Counted from the stretch's first letter, positions 9,309 to 19,247 are shown. The stretch: DNA of 64,000 bases from Polyangiales bacterium (GCA_044229975.1 JBGARZ010000018.1:32001-96000), one strand, 5' to 3'. Numbers and translations are program-made. Notes: generated by a model not told the origin, from the letters alone.

Positions 9309-11207
9309 ATGGCGCACAAAGAGGTGGTTGCTCACAGCGTTGGACTGCTGATCCTCGCGCTCGTCACGGGCTGCGCGTCGATGTGCCCGCCTGCCCCGCA
9401 ACACGGGCCGTCTGGCAACATCACGCGCACGATCCGCGGCCTCGACGTCCTCGCGGTCGAAGACCTCGACGAACGGGTGACGCGCGGTACCGCCGCCGCG
9501 AGGTCCGCCGGGGAACTTGCCGCGCTCTGGCGAACCTACGGCCTGCCGACGCCCCTGCCCGAGGTCGACTTCGACCGGTACGTCGTGGTCGCCTGGGCCG
9601 GTCGGGTCACGAGCCACGTGGAGGAGCTCGTCGCCGCCGACCTCTTGAGCGACGGCCAGCTTGCGCCCCTGCTCGAACGCGCTCCTATTGACGACAACGA
9701 GACGGACTGGCGGCGGGTGGTCTACGTGGCGGCCGTTCCGCGCGAGCACCTCCCGCCGACGTTCGTCGTGTCGCTCGAAACCGACGCTGCCGAAAGCAGG
9801 ACGCGTGTGACCCTCGACGCCCGTCCCCAACCGATGCGGGCCGAGCCGGAGCCGCGCGAAGACGACGTCCCGCTCCGCGGAGAGGTGCTCGGGACCGTTC
9901 CGTTGCCGACGAACACCGGGGCGACGCTCGGGAATCTCGACGACCACACGCCCGTGTGGGTGGTGCGTCACGCCGACGGGACGATCAGCGTGCTCGCGGC
10001 GGACGTCGCTTCCACGGAGCACGCGGGCAGCGGGCTCATCGGGGTGCGAGAGGCCGTGATCTGGTTGCCGGAGCGGCAACGCTTCTTCGGCGGCGGCGGA
10101 ACGTTCGACGAATACGGCGCCTCGACGATGGGCCGATACGCGCCCGACCTCGATCGGTACACGTTCGCCGTCGTGCCCGGCGTCCCCCCGCGAGTGGCCG
10201 TGGGGCAGCGCATCGGGGGCACCTCACGCCGCACGGTCGCGCCGTTCCCTTCCGACGAGGCGAACCTGGCAGGGATCGACCCCTACCGGCTCAACGACGG
10301 GTTGCTGCCGTGGCCCACGACGTCACTCGAAGGCGTGCCGCGCCAACCCGAAGGCGCTCTCGTCGTGGTCTCTGCCGCTCTCAGTGCAGCTCCGGACGGG
10401 CCGGTGCGTCTCTGTACACATGCGCCGCCGCTCGGGTGTCCGCCCGAAGCGATCGAGGCACCCGGGGTGACCCGAATGCCATGGAGGAGGCGGATCCTGT
10501 GGTGGGCCGGCCCGCTCCTGGCGCGCGTTCGAGGCGGACGGCTCACGGACATCGTTCGGTTGAGCAGCTCGCAAGGCGGCGACGACGAACGCCACGCCCG
10601 GGAAGAGATCGCTCTATGGGCCTACGAGAGGGCGCAGACGGCGCAGGGCGCGCGCGCCGACCGGAGCTGGATGAGCGGCGAGGCCGTGGGCCTGCGGTTC
10701 GAACTCGGGCTGGGGGCGCTGCTCGGCGCGGGGACGCGCGGCGAGGTCGTCGTCGGTGGAATGCTTCGCTTCGGCCCGCGCTGGTGGGACCCGCCGACCT
10801 GGGAGACGCGAGTGCGTCAGGCGACCAGGGCGGACGACGTGTTCGACACGCTGGTGGGCGACGTGCTCGGCGTCGACCTGCGCCTGCGCTGGTTCGCGCT
10901 CGCGAACGACCGCGACCGCACGGGCTACGGCCTCGCTGTCGGCCTCGCCCCGTCGTTCCAGAACGGCGTCGGCGTGAGCTCGCTGCGGGTTCCGTCGCTG
11001 CTGGGGCTGCTGCCCGAGGTCGGCGTCCTGCTGCGCTCGACCGACCCCGCGCGCGCCTACGTCGCCTTCGCGCCGACGATCGGCGTGCTGCTCGATCGGC
11101 GAAGTGCGGTGGAGTTCGGGGTCACGGCGCTCGTGTACGACGACGGCGACTGGTTCGCGCGCGCCGGCGTGCAGGTCACCGCCGGGGTGACGGCGGTGTT
11201 CCGATGA
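9309..11207 (+). CDS. Multidomain lipoprotein: PrcB-C-like domain, ligand-less Rieske-like segment, C-terminal barrel-like domain
   Basis: Lipobox LVTGC; LPEVDFDRYVVVA; VWVVRHADGTISVLA...GTFDEYG...PDLDRY; amphipathic strands ending VTAVFR. Confidence 0.7.
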   Translation: MAHKEVVAHSVGLLILALVTGCASMCPPAPQHGPSGNITRTIRGLDVLAVEDLDERVTRGTAAARSAGELAALWRTYGLPTPLPEVDFDRYVVVAWAGRVTSHVEELVAADLLSDGQLAPLLERAPIDDNETDWRRVVYVAAVPREHLPPTFVVSLETDAAESRTRVTLDARPQPMRAEPEPREDDVPLRGEVLGTVPLPTNTGATLGNLDDHTPVWVVRHADGTISVLAADVASTEHAGSGLIGVREAVIWLPERQRFFGGGGTFDEYGASTMGRYAPDLDRYTFAVVPGVPPRVAVGQRIGGTSRRTVAPFPSDEANLAGIDPYRLNDGLLPWPTTSLEGVPRQPEGALVVVSAALSAAPDGPVRLCTHAPPLGCPPEAIEAPGVTRMPWRRRILWWAGPLLARVRGGRLTDIVRLSSSQGGDDERHAREEIALWAYERAQTAQGARADRSWMSGEAVGLRFELGLGALLGAGTRGEVVVGGMLRFGPRWWDPPTWETRVRQATRADDVFDTLVGDVLGVDLRLRWFALANDRDRTGYGLAVGLAPSFQNGVGVSSLRVPSLLGLLPEVGVLLRSTDPARAYVAFAPTIGVLLDRRSAVEFGVTALVYDDGDWFARAGVQVTAGVTAVFR

Positions 11208-11869
11208 GAGCGTGGGTCGCGCTCTGCATCGGGGCGGCGGCGCTGGCCGCGCCTGCGTCGGGCTTCGCCCAACCTTCCCTCACTCACACGGGCGTGTTCG
11301 ACCCGGCGAGGATCGGGTGGCCGGCGCGGCCGCCGATGGTTGGGTGGGCGGCGCCGGGTTACGGGAGACTCACGTGGGAGTTCTCCGCCGGTCCCGCGGT
11401 CGCCCTCGACGTCGACCGCGGCGCCCCGTACGTGGGGGCGAGTCTGCGGTGCGCCTGGCTGCCCTCCGCGTACTTCCCCATCAAGTATCCCGACTTCATC
11501 GAATTCTTCGCCGGAGACACCTTCGGAATCGAGCTGCGCGCGCAGATGCTCGTCGGCGTCGGCGAGGCGTCGACGTTGGTCGTCGCGGGCCTCGCGCCCG
11601 TGGTCATGAACGCCGTCGGCGACAGGGACTACGGGAAGAGCCGGTTCCGCGTCCCCACCGTCTTCGGCGCGCTCGTCCCGGAGCTCGGCGTCGCGGTCCG
11701 CGCGGGAGATCCGCGGTTCTACCTGCGCTGGGAGCTGCCGTTCTCCGTGCTCCTGACCAACCGCGTGGCCTTAGAGGCCCGCCCGAGCGTCGCGCTGATC
11801 GACGGCGTCGCGCCCAACGGGAGCACTGGCGTGCTCGCCGCAATCAGCCTGGGCGTGCTGTTGCGGTAG
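11204..11869 (+). CDS. Exported protein, probable outer-membrane beta-strand protein, paralog of the C-terminal domain of the upstream gene
   Basis: ATGA overlap; signal peptide ending GFA-Q; GDTFGIELR, GLAP..MNAVG and RVPTVFGALVPELGV match the upstream C-terminus. Confidence 0.75.
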   Translation: MRAWVALCIGAAALAAPASGFAQPSLTHTGVFDPARIGWPARPPMVGWAAPGYGRLTWEFSAGPAVALDVDRGAPYVGASLRCAWLPSAYFPIKYPDFIEFFAGDTFGIELRAQMLVGVGEASTLVVAGLAPVVMNAVGDRDYGKSRFRVPTVFGALVPELGVAVRAGDPRFYLRWELPFSVLLTNRVALEARPSVALIDGVAPNGSTGVLAAISLGVLLR

Positions 11870-12034
11870 GTGGAACGCGCCGCGCAACGTCGCAGAACAC
11901 ACCGACGGCGCGGGAGCCATGGGCGTTTGCGCCGAGGCGACGCCTGCAGGCACGAGCAACGCCAATGGCCCAACGGCCACGGCGAGCGCGACGCACGTCG
12001 CCAGTTGCGTCCGCCTGGCCCGCCGCTGCGCCAC
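11867..12034 (-). pseudogene. N-terminal fragment of a family D (SH3-like) gene
   Basis: Signal peptide then VCSATLRGAFHL, matching TCTATLRAAFHL of 30059-31240; similarity ends at the TAG of the opposite-strand gene. Confidence 0.6.
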
Positions 12035-12127
12035 GCGTCGATGGCAGTCCGTTGGATCCACGAAGGGAGCGTATGTCACTGCAGCGTCCCGGGGGACCTC
12101 TCGTCGAGAGTTCTGTCGGTGCCCGCA

Positions 12128-13210
12128 TCACTCACCGCGGTAGTCGCGCAGCGTCAGGGTCATCCCGGCGAGTCGGCGAGCGCTCCCCCCGCCCGTGAAG
12201 ACCCACTCGAACTGCGGGACGATGAACTCATCGTCGCGCACGCGCACCCGGCAGCGATGCACCGCGCCGCGCGTCTCGCAGGTCGGCCGCGGAGGGGAGA
12301 CCAACCGCGCGGCGATCCCTTCAAGGTCCGGCGCATCCCCGATGAGCGGGTCTTCGAACCAAACCAGCGGCGCGAAAGGCCACGGAGGTTCGGTCGAGTC
12401 GTCGGACGACGGCCTCGGCGTTCGCGCCGGACGAACGCCGAAGGTCAGCACTACGGTCCGAACGTCCGCGTCCGGGAGGGCGCCCAGCCGTAGGCTCCAG
12501 CAGCGTCGGCGGGGCCCGCGCGCCATGCGGGACTGGTCGACCTTGCAGAACGTCACTCCTCGGGGGCTGGCGATGGCGCGCAGCTCGGCGGCCGTTGCCG
12601 TCTGCAGCCGCAGCACCATGTCTTCGGTGGGCGAAGCGTCGGTCGGCGCGGCGAAGTGGGTGAGGGTCGCCGCCCGCTCGCCCACCTCCACGAGCGTGCG
12701 GGCGCCGGCGAGCAGCCAGGAGGCACGCTGCAACTGCGTCGGCTCTCGGAGGGGGGCACTGCGTGTCCATGCAACGACCTCGTCGCCGCCGTCGGGCCGA
12801 TGTTCGAAGAGCAGCAGCTCGGCCTCGCCGTCGCCGTTCAGGTCGAGCACTCCGAAGCGGGGAACGACGTCCGCGATCGCGTCGCCGTCGTGGATGGAGT
12901 CGCTTCCACCGCGGGGCCGTCCTCGGCACCTCGCCCAAAGGAGCGACGTCCGCCCGAGCGCCACCAGCAGGTCGTCCCGCCCGTCGCGGGAGGGCCACAC
13001 GAACTCACCGCGCGGCCTCCCCGCGGGCCAGTCCTGTTCCGCCAGGATCGCCGCCAATTCCCCGCGGGTGCGCTCCGCGTCCTCGATCGGCGGTGACGCG
13101 CGCTCGACGGGGTGGGCTTCGACCGGTGGCGAAGCAGGGGGCGGTCGCGACGTACGCAGCGGGGCCGAGCATGCGACGGTGACGAGCGTCAGCAGAACCC
13201 CGTGCTTCAT
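12128..13210 (-). CDS. Hypothetical lipoprotein with an FG-GAP-like loop
   Basis: MKHGVLLTLVTVAC lipobox; DLNGDGEAELL. The ORF-track start (13594) runs through unrelated debris. Confidence 0.75.
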   Translation of the reverse strand: MKHGVLLTLVTVACSAPLRTSRPPPASPPVEAHPVERASPPIEDAERTRGELAAILAEQDWPAGRPRGEFVWPSRDGRDDLLVALGRTSLLWARCRGRPRGGSDSIHDGDAIADVVPRFGVLDLNGDGEAELLLFEHRPDGGDEVVAWTRSAPLREPTQLQRASWLLAGARTLVEVGERAATLTHFAAPTDASPTEDMVLRLQTATAAELRAIASPRGVTFCKVDQSRMARGPRRRCWSLRLGALPDADVRTVVLTFGVRPARTPRPSSDDSTEPPWPFAPLVWFEDPLIGDAPDLEGIAARLVSPPRPTCETRGAVHRCRVRVRDDEFIVPQFEWVFTGGGSARRLAGMTLTLRDYRGE

Positions 13211-13418
13211 GGGTCCAGCTCGCCGCATCGGTTGCTTCCTCTGGACATGGCCGTCCGTCGAATGTCCCACCGGAGCGACGTGCGACACCACCCATTCGTC
13301 GAGGGGCGCCCGGTCCGCGCCCCGAGCGCGGCCAACTCCGTGGCCTCCGCTGGGCGCCGGGCCTCGTCGTGGCATTGACCCAGCAGCCGCGCCCAGATCT
13401 GCACGCGCACGAGCGCGT

Positions 13419-13552
13419 CCGTGCGCGTGGTCGGCGAACACCGCGCGGTAGACGCCGGGCGGGAGCGCGACCGCGGCGATCGGCCGACCCATCGCGTCCA
13501 CCGCGACGCCCACGGCGAGCGTCTGGCCTTCGTCCACGGCCAGCCCTGGCTC
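13419..13552 (-). pseudogene. Internal fragment of a family A gene with a 57-bp deletion
   Basis: QTLAVGV^AVDAMGRPIAAVALPPGVYRAVFADHAHG matches A2 at 32921-33111. Confidence 0.8.
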
Positions 13553-13784
13553 GTCGCGCTCCACACCAGCGACCTGACGACGCTCGCGCGCCAACCAAGC
13601 CTGGTGCCAGCAGCTCGTGGTGCGCTGACTGACCCAGCGCAGAGGCCCAAGGTGGAGGCTGAACGCGGGCCCGCGGCGGCTCGGGCTGATCGGCGCGAAA
13701 GACTCACGCCCCCGGCGGGGACCTCATCCGCGGTGCCCACCCGTGCGCGTTGACCACCGCGCCCGTCGATGATGGCCTCGTGCG

Positions 13785-15944
13785 ATGCCCGAAAGGCCCC
13801 GCACCCGCCTCGGTGCTCTGTTCGCACCCACCGTCTGGCTCACCTTCGCGAACGCGCTCGCCGCGTCCTGCGCGCGTCCCGTGATGATCCCATCGCCGCC
13901 ACCGCCGGCGCCGCCGCCGCCACACGGTACGACTACGCCCGCACCGCCCGCACCGCCCACACCGCCCGCCGCGGCCCGCGCCGCCGGCCGCACGATGGGC
14001 GCCGACGGGGTGCTCCACGTGCTCATGGGCGAGGGCGAGAGCGCCGTGGTCGCGCGCATGTCCAGCTGCCTCGCGCCGCGTGGAACCGATTTCGTTCGCG
14101 ACGTCGAGCTCCTCCCCGCCCGCGACGCGGTGGCCCTGACGCCCGAAGGAACCTGGGCCGTCGACGCGCGCGGCGACTTCTTCCCCGTGTGGCCCGCGAC
14201 TGCGGCCGCCCGGTGCGCGCGGCGGCCGTGCGTCCCGCGGGAAGTGGCAGGCCACGGTCGCGTGGTGTTCGTGAGCGACTACGGCATCGCGCGCCTGGAG
14301 GACGGAACCGTCGCCCGGCGCACGCGGGCCTCGGCCGGCTGGGTCGTCGACCACCCGTCGCAGCGCGTCGTGGACGTGCACGCCAACGAGTTCAACGCCG
14401 TCTTCTCCCGGCGCGAGCTGCTCGCCAACGGTGACGTGCGCCACGTCGTCGTGCGCGGCAACGGTCGGACACCAGGCGCGACCGACGAGTTCACGACGTC
14501 CCTGTTGCGCGTGCCCGACCCGATCGAGCTGGTCGAGAGCTTCCACGGCGACGCCGCCTGCGTCCGCGGGCGCGGCGGCGACCTGCGATGCGGCGCCCAC
14601 TTCGACCTCCACCGCCACTTTACCCCAGACGCGGGTCGCATCCTCTGGGCGCCACTCGACGTCCCGCCGACGGGGGCCGCGCAGGTCGCGGTGAGCGAGC
14701 GCGAGCTGTGCCGCGTGGGCGTCGGCGGCGAGCTCTCCTGCGCGCAGTTCCTCCCGCAGGACGACTATGGCCCGCGGGGCACGCCTGCGCTCACCTTCAC
14801 ACCCGTCGGGGGCCTCGACGACGTGCGCGAGGTGGGGCTCGGCCACGATGCCGGGTGCGCGCGCCGCCGATCGGGCGAGGTGATGTGCTGGGGGGAGATG
14901 TTCCGCCACGGCGGCGTCGTGCGGCGCGGCCTACCGGTGGCCGTCGGCGGCTTCGACGCCGTCGAGCGCCTGGTGAACCTCGATGGCTACCTCTGCGCGC
15001 TGCAACGCGGGGTCGTCTCGTGCTGGGGCGGCGGCGGCTTCCGTCTCCGCTCCGTCGCGCGCCCGCGGCCCCTCACCGGCGCGAGCGACGCGACGGGGCT
15101 CGCCACCGCCGGCGCCATGCTCTGCGTAACGCGCGCGCCGGGCGGCGTCGGGTGCTGGAGCGGCGACCCGTTCGATTCGTCGCTGTGGATGGCGCGGGGC
15201 CTCCCCGGCGGCGCGCTCCACTCGCTCGTGGGCGCCCGCGGCAAGCTCTACGTCCTCGACGATCGCGCGCAGGCCTGGGTGCTCGACACCCAGGACCGCA
15301 TGACCTTCGCCTTCCGCCGCGCGGCCTCTCTCGACGGCTACGACCACCTTATTGCAGCCGACCAGATCGTCTGCGCCCTGCGCGGGACCGAGCTCCTCTG
15401 CCCGACCGACCGCGACCCGTCGCGCGTCAACGAGGGGAGGGGCCCGTGGTACGCAGAGTCGCGCGCACGCCTGCTGCTGCTCGCCCCGCGGCTCGCGGCG
15501 GGTCAGGGCGCCGAGACCCTGATCGGCCGCTACCCCCGAGAGCTGGCGCCGGACGAGTGGCGCGAGTGGGAGGAGGTCGCGGTGCGCGCGCTGCTGCCGG
15601 GCGGCGTGCGGGCAAGTGGGGCAGAGGGAACGACCTTCTGCCTCCTTGGCGTGAACGGCCGCGTCGCCTGCCGGTGGACCGGCCGCGGATGGCACGGGAT
15701 GGGCGAGAACTACTGCGCGGGCGTCGACCACGGTCTCGGGCCCGCGCTCGTCCCCGGCCTCGACGACGCAGTCGAGCTCCGCGGCGTCGGGGGTCTGAGC
15801 TGCGCCCGCCGCGCCACGGGCGCCGTGGTGTGCTGGGGTTCCAACGAGCTCGGCGTGCTCACGGTCGAGGACGACGAGCACTCGCCAGCCCTCTACAGCC
15901 TCGACGCGATGGTGGCCCGCGCACGCGCCCGCCGCGTACCCTGA
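13785..15944 (+). CDS. RCC1/BLIP-II-repeat beta-propeller lipoprotein
   Basis: LAASC lipobox, Pro linker, repeats CARRRSGEVMCWG, CALQRGVVSCWG, CARRATGAVVCWGSNELG; start approximate. Confidence 0.85.
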   Translation: MPERPRTRLGALFAPTVWLTFANALAASCARPVMIPSPPPPAPPPPHGTTTPAPPAPPTPPAAARAAGRTMGADGVLHVLMGEGESAVVARMSSCLAPRGTDFVRDVELLPARDAVALTPEGTWAVDARGDFFPVWPATAAARCARRPCVPREVAGHGRVVFVSDYGIARLEDGTVARRTRASAGWVVDHPSQRVVDVHANEFNAVFSRRELLANGDVRHVVVRGNGRTPGATDEFTTSLLRVPDPIELVESFHGDAACVRGRGGDLRCGAHFDLHRHFTPDAGRILWAPLDVPPTGAAQVAVSERELCRVGVGGELSCAQFLPQDDYGPRGTPALTFTPVGGLDDVREVGLGHDAGCARRRSGEVMCWGEMFRHGGVVRRGLPVAVGGFDAVERLVNLDGYLCALQRGVVSCWGGGGFRLRSVARPRPLTGASDATGLATAGAMLCVTRAPGGVGCWSGDPFDSSLWMARGLPGGALHSLVGARGKLYVLDDRAQAWVLDTQDRMTFAFRRAASLDGYDHLIAADQIVCALRGTELLCPTDRDPSRVNEGRGPWYAESRARLLLLAPRLAAGQGAETLIGRYPRELAPDEWREWEEVAVRALLPGGVRASGAEGTTFCLLGVNGRVACRWTGRGWHGMGENYCAGVDHGLGPALVPGLDDAVELRGVGGLSCARRATGAVVCWGSNELGVLTVEDDEHSPALYSLDAMVARARARRVP

Positions 15945-16124
15945 GCTTCCTGTTTTGCGACGACGACGGGGTCGCCATGAGCGTCTCCCCCGACGGCTAC
16001 CCGGGGATCTCTCGCGGGCCCGATGACCCGTGGCAGCACGTGGCGCCTGACATAGGCGACCCGGCCTTTGAGACGGTCGGCGGGGACCCGCTCACGGCGC
16101 CCCCACGCCTCTCGAGCGACGCCG
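15942..16124 (+). pseudogene. Internal fragment of a family B gene (closest to B3)
   Basis: SFLFCDDDGVAMSVSPDGYPGISRGPDDPWQHVA...GDPLTAPPRLSSDA versus B3 44407-44589 SFLFCGDDGAAVSASPDGYTWISRGPEDQWQRVA...GDPLTAAPHLSCDA. Confidence 0.85.
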
Positions 16125-16273
16125 CGACCGCGCGCGTGCTGCGGCGGGTGGGCGGCTACGACGAACAGTGCCGCGTCGCCGACGCCGGTCACCTCGCGCG
16201 ACTCGACTGCGAGGAGAGCGGCTCGCACGGCGCGGTCACCGCTTCGTCCTCCTTCGTCGACCCCGGCGGCGCG
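16117..16273 (+). pseudogene. Internal fragment of family A gene A2
   Basis: 157-bp ungapped match to 32461-32617 with 10 mismatches counted by eye. Confidence 0.9.
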
Positions 16274-16738
16274 GTCCCGTCGGGCGTCGGCGGCCCGGAC
16301 CCCGCGCGACCCTGTGAGGGTTGCCTCAAGCGCGCCCGATGTCGCGCGCCCTGCGCCCTGCTCGCCCGCCTCGTCCCAGAGGAGGACGTTCCGGTCTGGA
16401 ACGAGGTCTCCTCCCCCGCGCTCATGGAGAGCCGCAGCGTCGATGAGCAGTTCATGGCGATGCCCGAGGCCCTCCTCGCGGACGAGCCCGAGCACCTCTG
16501 GCCCGTGGTCGTCGCGTACTACAGCGGGGCGCGGCTGCGCGCGGCGACGGCCGTGCTGACGCAGCAGCACGTGGCGGGCCAGTACCTCGACGGGGCGAGC
16601 CGCGCCGAGATCGGGACCGGCCGCGGGACCTCGCGCCAGGCCACGCACAAGGTGTTCTGGGCCGCGATCGGGCGACTCCAACGCGAGCTCGGGCCGCTGC
16701 TGCCGCGCAGCGCGCTCGCCGCGTCGACGGTCGACTGA
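16274..16738 (+). pseudogene. Sigma-70 region-4-like HTH protein with an N-terminal four-Cys cluster; native 5' end lost
   Basis: PCEGCLKRARCRAPC; LT...YLDGASRAEIG..RGTSRQATHK...AIGRL; in frame with the upstream B/A fragments (ATG 15977). Confidence 0.6.
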
Positions 16739-16752
16739 GGTACCTTCCCCCG

Positions 16753-17223
16753 GTGCGCCCCGCACCCGTGCTGCTGCTCGCCGCCCTCGCCCTCGCGGCG
16801 CCCGCGTCGGCCCAGCGCGAGCCGCCCGACCCGCTGTTCGTCCCCGCGGAGATGCCGACCGGGCGCGGGTGGTTCTGCTTCACGCATCGCCGCGCCAGCC
16901 GCTGCTTCCGTCGCGCGGGCCTCTGCGGGGACACCCGGAGCAGCGCGATCGCGCCGCACGCGCAGGTCGCGTATAGCTGCGGCCCGCCGCGGACCACCGC
17001 GCACTGCCTGCGCGTCGAGTGGCGGTGGGGCCCCTACGTGCGGTGCGCGCCGACGGCCGCGCTCTGCCGGGCGGAACGACGTCGGCTGACAACGCCGCCG
17101 CCGCCACACCAGCCAAACACGCCCGATCTCCCGCCCCCGACTGGCGTCTCGCGCTGCCACGCCGTGGGGGACGTCCCGTCGCGAGCCTCGACCGCTCAGG
17201 GTGACGCGCAGCCCGAGGGGTGA
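16753..17223 (+). CDS. Small exported Cys-rich protein, family C copy 1
   Basis: Signal ending ASA-Q; PDPLF, WxC, AHCL, CAPT..CRA.RRRLT, CHAVGDV shared with 26872-27360; TACCTT 6 nt before the GTG. Confidence 0.8.
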   Translation: MRPAPVLLLAALALAAPASAQREPPDPLFVPAEMPTGRGWFCFTHRRASRCFRRAGLCGDTRSSAIAPHAQVAYSCGPPRTTAHCLRVEWRWGPYVRCAPTAALCRAERRRLTTPPPPHQPNTPDLPPPTGVSRCHAVGDVPSRASTAQGDAQPEG

Positions 17224-17641
17224 TGCAGCCCTTCGACTACGCCTTCCTCGACGCCGTGCTCCCCCACGTCCCGCGGTCGTGGAGGTCGCCGCGAACAACG
17301 GCAGCTTCACCGCGATGGCCCTGCCCGGCGCGATGCCCGCCAACGCCGCGCGGTACCTGCTCCAGGTCGAGCCCGTGGCCGTCGCCTACCAGCTCCTCAG
17401 CGTACCGTTCGTATGGCGGCAGACCACGGGGGGAAGCGCGACGGCTTCCCCTTCGTTGTCCACACCTTGCAGAGAATCTGCTCACCGTCTCGCATCAGCC
17501 CGTGAGCTGAAACGAACAGACTATCAGCGACAATCTCAACTTTCTTTCAACGAGCGCATGCACGCGATCTCCTCCACGGCGATCGCGCTCTTTGGTTACT
17601 TTGCTTGTCCGGCCACGATCGGTTCGGGGCAGTGGCCCCGG

Positions 17642-18823
17642 TCAGTGGTCTCCTTCCCAATCAAAGTGGCAGAGCCGTTCGAGCGGTTCGGTCGGGAGCG
17701 TGTTTCCTTCGGGTTCCAGACGGAACAGGTCCTCGTTCCAGTGCAGCAAGAGACTGCGATGCGGACGCAGGCAGTCGACGCGGATCGAACCATCAGGAAG
17801 CCCATTCCATCGACATCCGCCGGCGACGAGTTCGTGGAGGTGGAGCACCGAGACGATCGTCCCGCAGGGGTGCCAGCGTGCAAGGGTTATGTCTTCCACC
17901 TGGTCTCTCACGAGGGGCGGTCGATCCGTGCAGGTGTACATCTGATAGGGCGGTGTCACGTCGACGCGGAAGTAGGTCGCGGCCCCGGCGCGGATCACGC
18001 CGCCGTACTCCGTCGAGACGTGGTTTCTCTCGTTGCCCCCGTGGCCGTTGGTGTCTCCGTCGACCGAGATGGGGGTCGCGCGCCATCCGTCGGGACCTCG
18101 CCAGCGCAGCACGGTGACCGCCGCGAAGTATCCTTCATCCCCGGAGCGATCACACAGCTCCGCGTGGTTGTGGAGTCGTAGGACGCTGTCGGGCTGGCCG
18201 TCGCCGGTCGCGTCGACCCGCGTGACCTCCTCGTCCCCGGGCTGTGCACCGCAGCGCAGTGGCCCGACCGGAGAACGGAACGCCCCCCGACGCGTGTAGA
18301 GCCCCCACGGCCGACGGCAGATATTTGCGATCTGTGCCGCGCGTTCGTCGGGGCTTTCGGGGCCTGGAATCCCGACGCGAATGGGGCATGCCTCTCCGAA
18401 CTCCGTCGCGCGTACGAAGGCCCAGCCGGCCGCGCCGTCCTCGATCACCCGCACATGGGCGAGCACCGCCGGGTCATCGGCACCACGTGCGACGTCCCGC
18501 CGGACCCCGTCGGCAACCGCAAGCACAGCGACCGTCGTCCCAGCGGCGAGCAGGCGCCCCTCCGAGAAGGCCGTCGCGCGCGGTCGCAGGTGCCCGCCGC
18601 TTCGCAGGACCGCCGTGCAGGTCGGCGCCGCGTCGACCGTCGCGATGGGCGTGGAGGCTATACTCGCTTCGAGCACCATCGCGTCCCCCGTGGGACCAGC
18701 GTCGATGGGCGGTACCTCACGAACCGCGGGTGTCGCTGAGATCATCGCGAGGGGCGTCGGTCGCGTTGACGAGACACAGCCGAGCAGGAACGACACGACC
18801 ACGAACCGTGGGCAGCAGGCCAT
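17642..18823 (-). CDS. Lipoprotein, family D copy 1 (SH3-like domain plus DxTGDG loop)
   Basis: FLLGC lipobox; TCTAVLR..HLRP...LAAG..V.VL...VRV...GWAFV...CP shared with 30059-31240. Confidence 0.75.
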   Translation of the reverse strand: MACCPRFVVVSFLLGCVSSTRPTPLAMISATPAVREVPPIDAGPTGDAMVLEASIASTPIATVDAAPTCTAVLRSGGHLRPRATAFSEGRLLAAGTTVAVLAVADGVRRDVARGADDPAVLAHVRVIEDGAAGWAFVRATEFGEACPIRVGIPGPESPDERAAQIANICRRPWGLYTRRGAFRSPVGPLRCGAQPGDEEVTRVDATGDGQPDSVLRLHNHAELCDRSGDEGYFAAVTVLRWRGPDGWRATPISVDGDTNGHGGNERNHVSTEYGGVIRAGAATYFRVDVTPPYQMYTCTDRPPLVRDQVEDITLARWHPCGTIVSVLHLHELVAGGCRWNGLPDGSIRVDCLRPHRSLLLHWNEDLFRLEPEGNTLPTEPLERLCHFDWEGDH

Positions 18824-19247
18824 GAGCGCGTGGTTACACCGACGCGGTGACGTTGCGATCGTCTTGAAATCTCGTTGGATCATCCGTGTTCGGGACCAAA
18901 AAGCACGGCCTGTGCCTGATCTTCGACCATCTCCGCGAGCGTCCCGCAGGCGTCCGGCGAGCCCGCCTCGCAGCCGATGCGGTCGCGGCGGATGTCGCGC
19001 GCGGCCATGAAGCAGAGCAGTCCGCGCTCGCGCTCGCTAATATCGCCGGTGACGCAGTGCCGCACCATCGCCGCCGAGGACGAGATGTCGAAGGCGTCGC
19101 CGACAGCGCGCCGTGGCGGGGACGGAGCAGTGCGTCGAGCGCGGCTGACGGGGGGCTGAGAGGAGCGCGAAGAGGGGCCGCATCGGGAGTCCCGTCTTCG
19201 CGCCAATGCGTCCTGCTTGTCGAGGGTGGGCAGCGTAGCCTCGCGCT

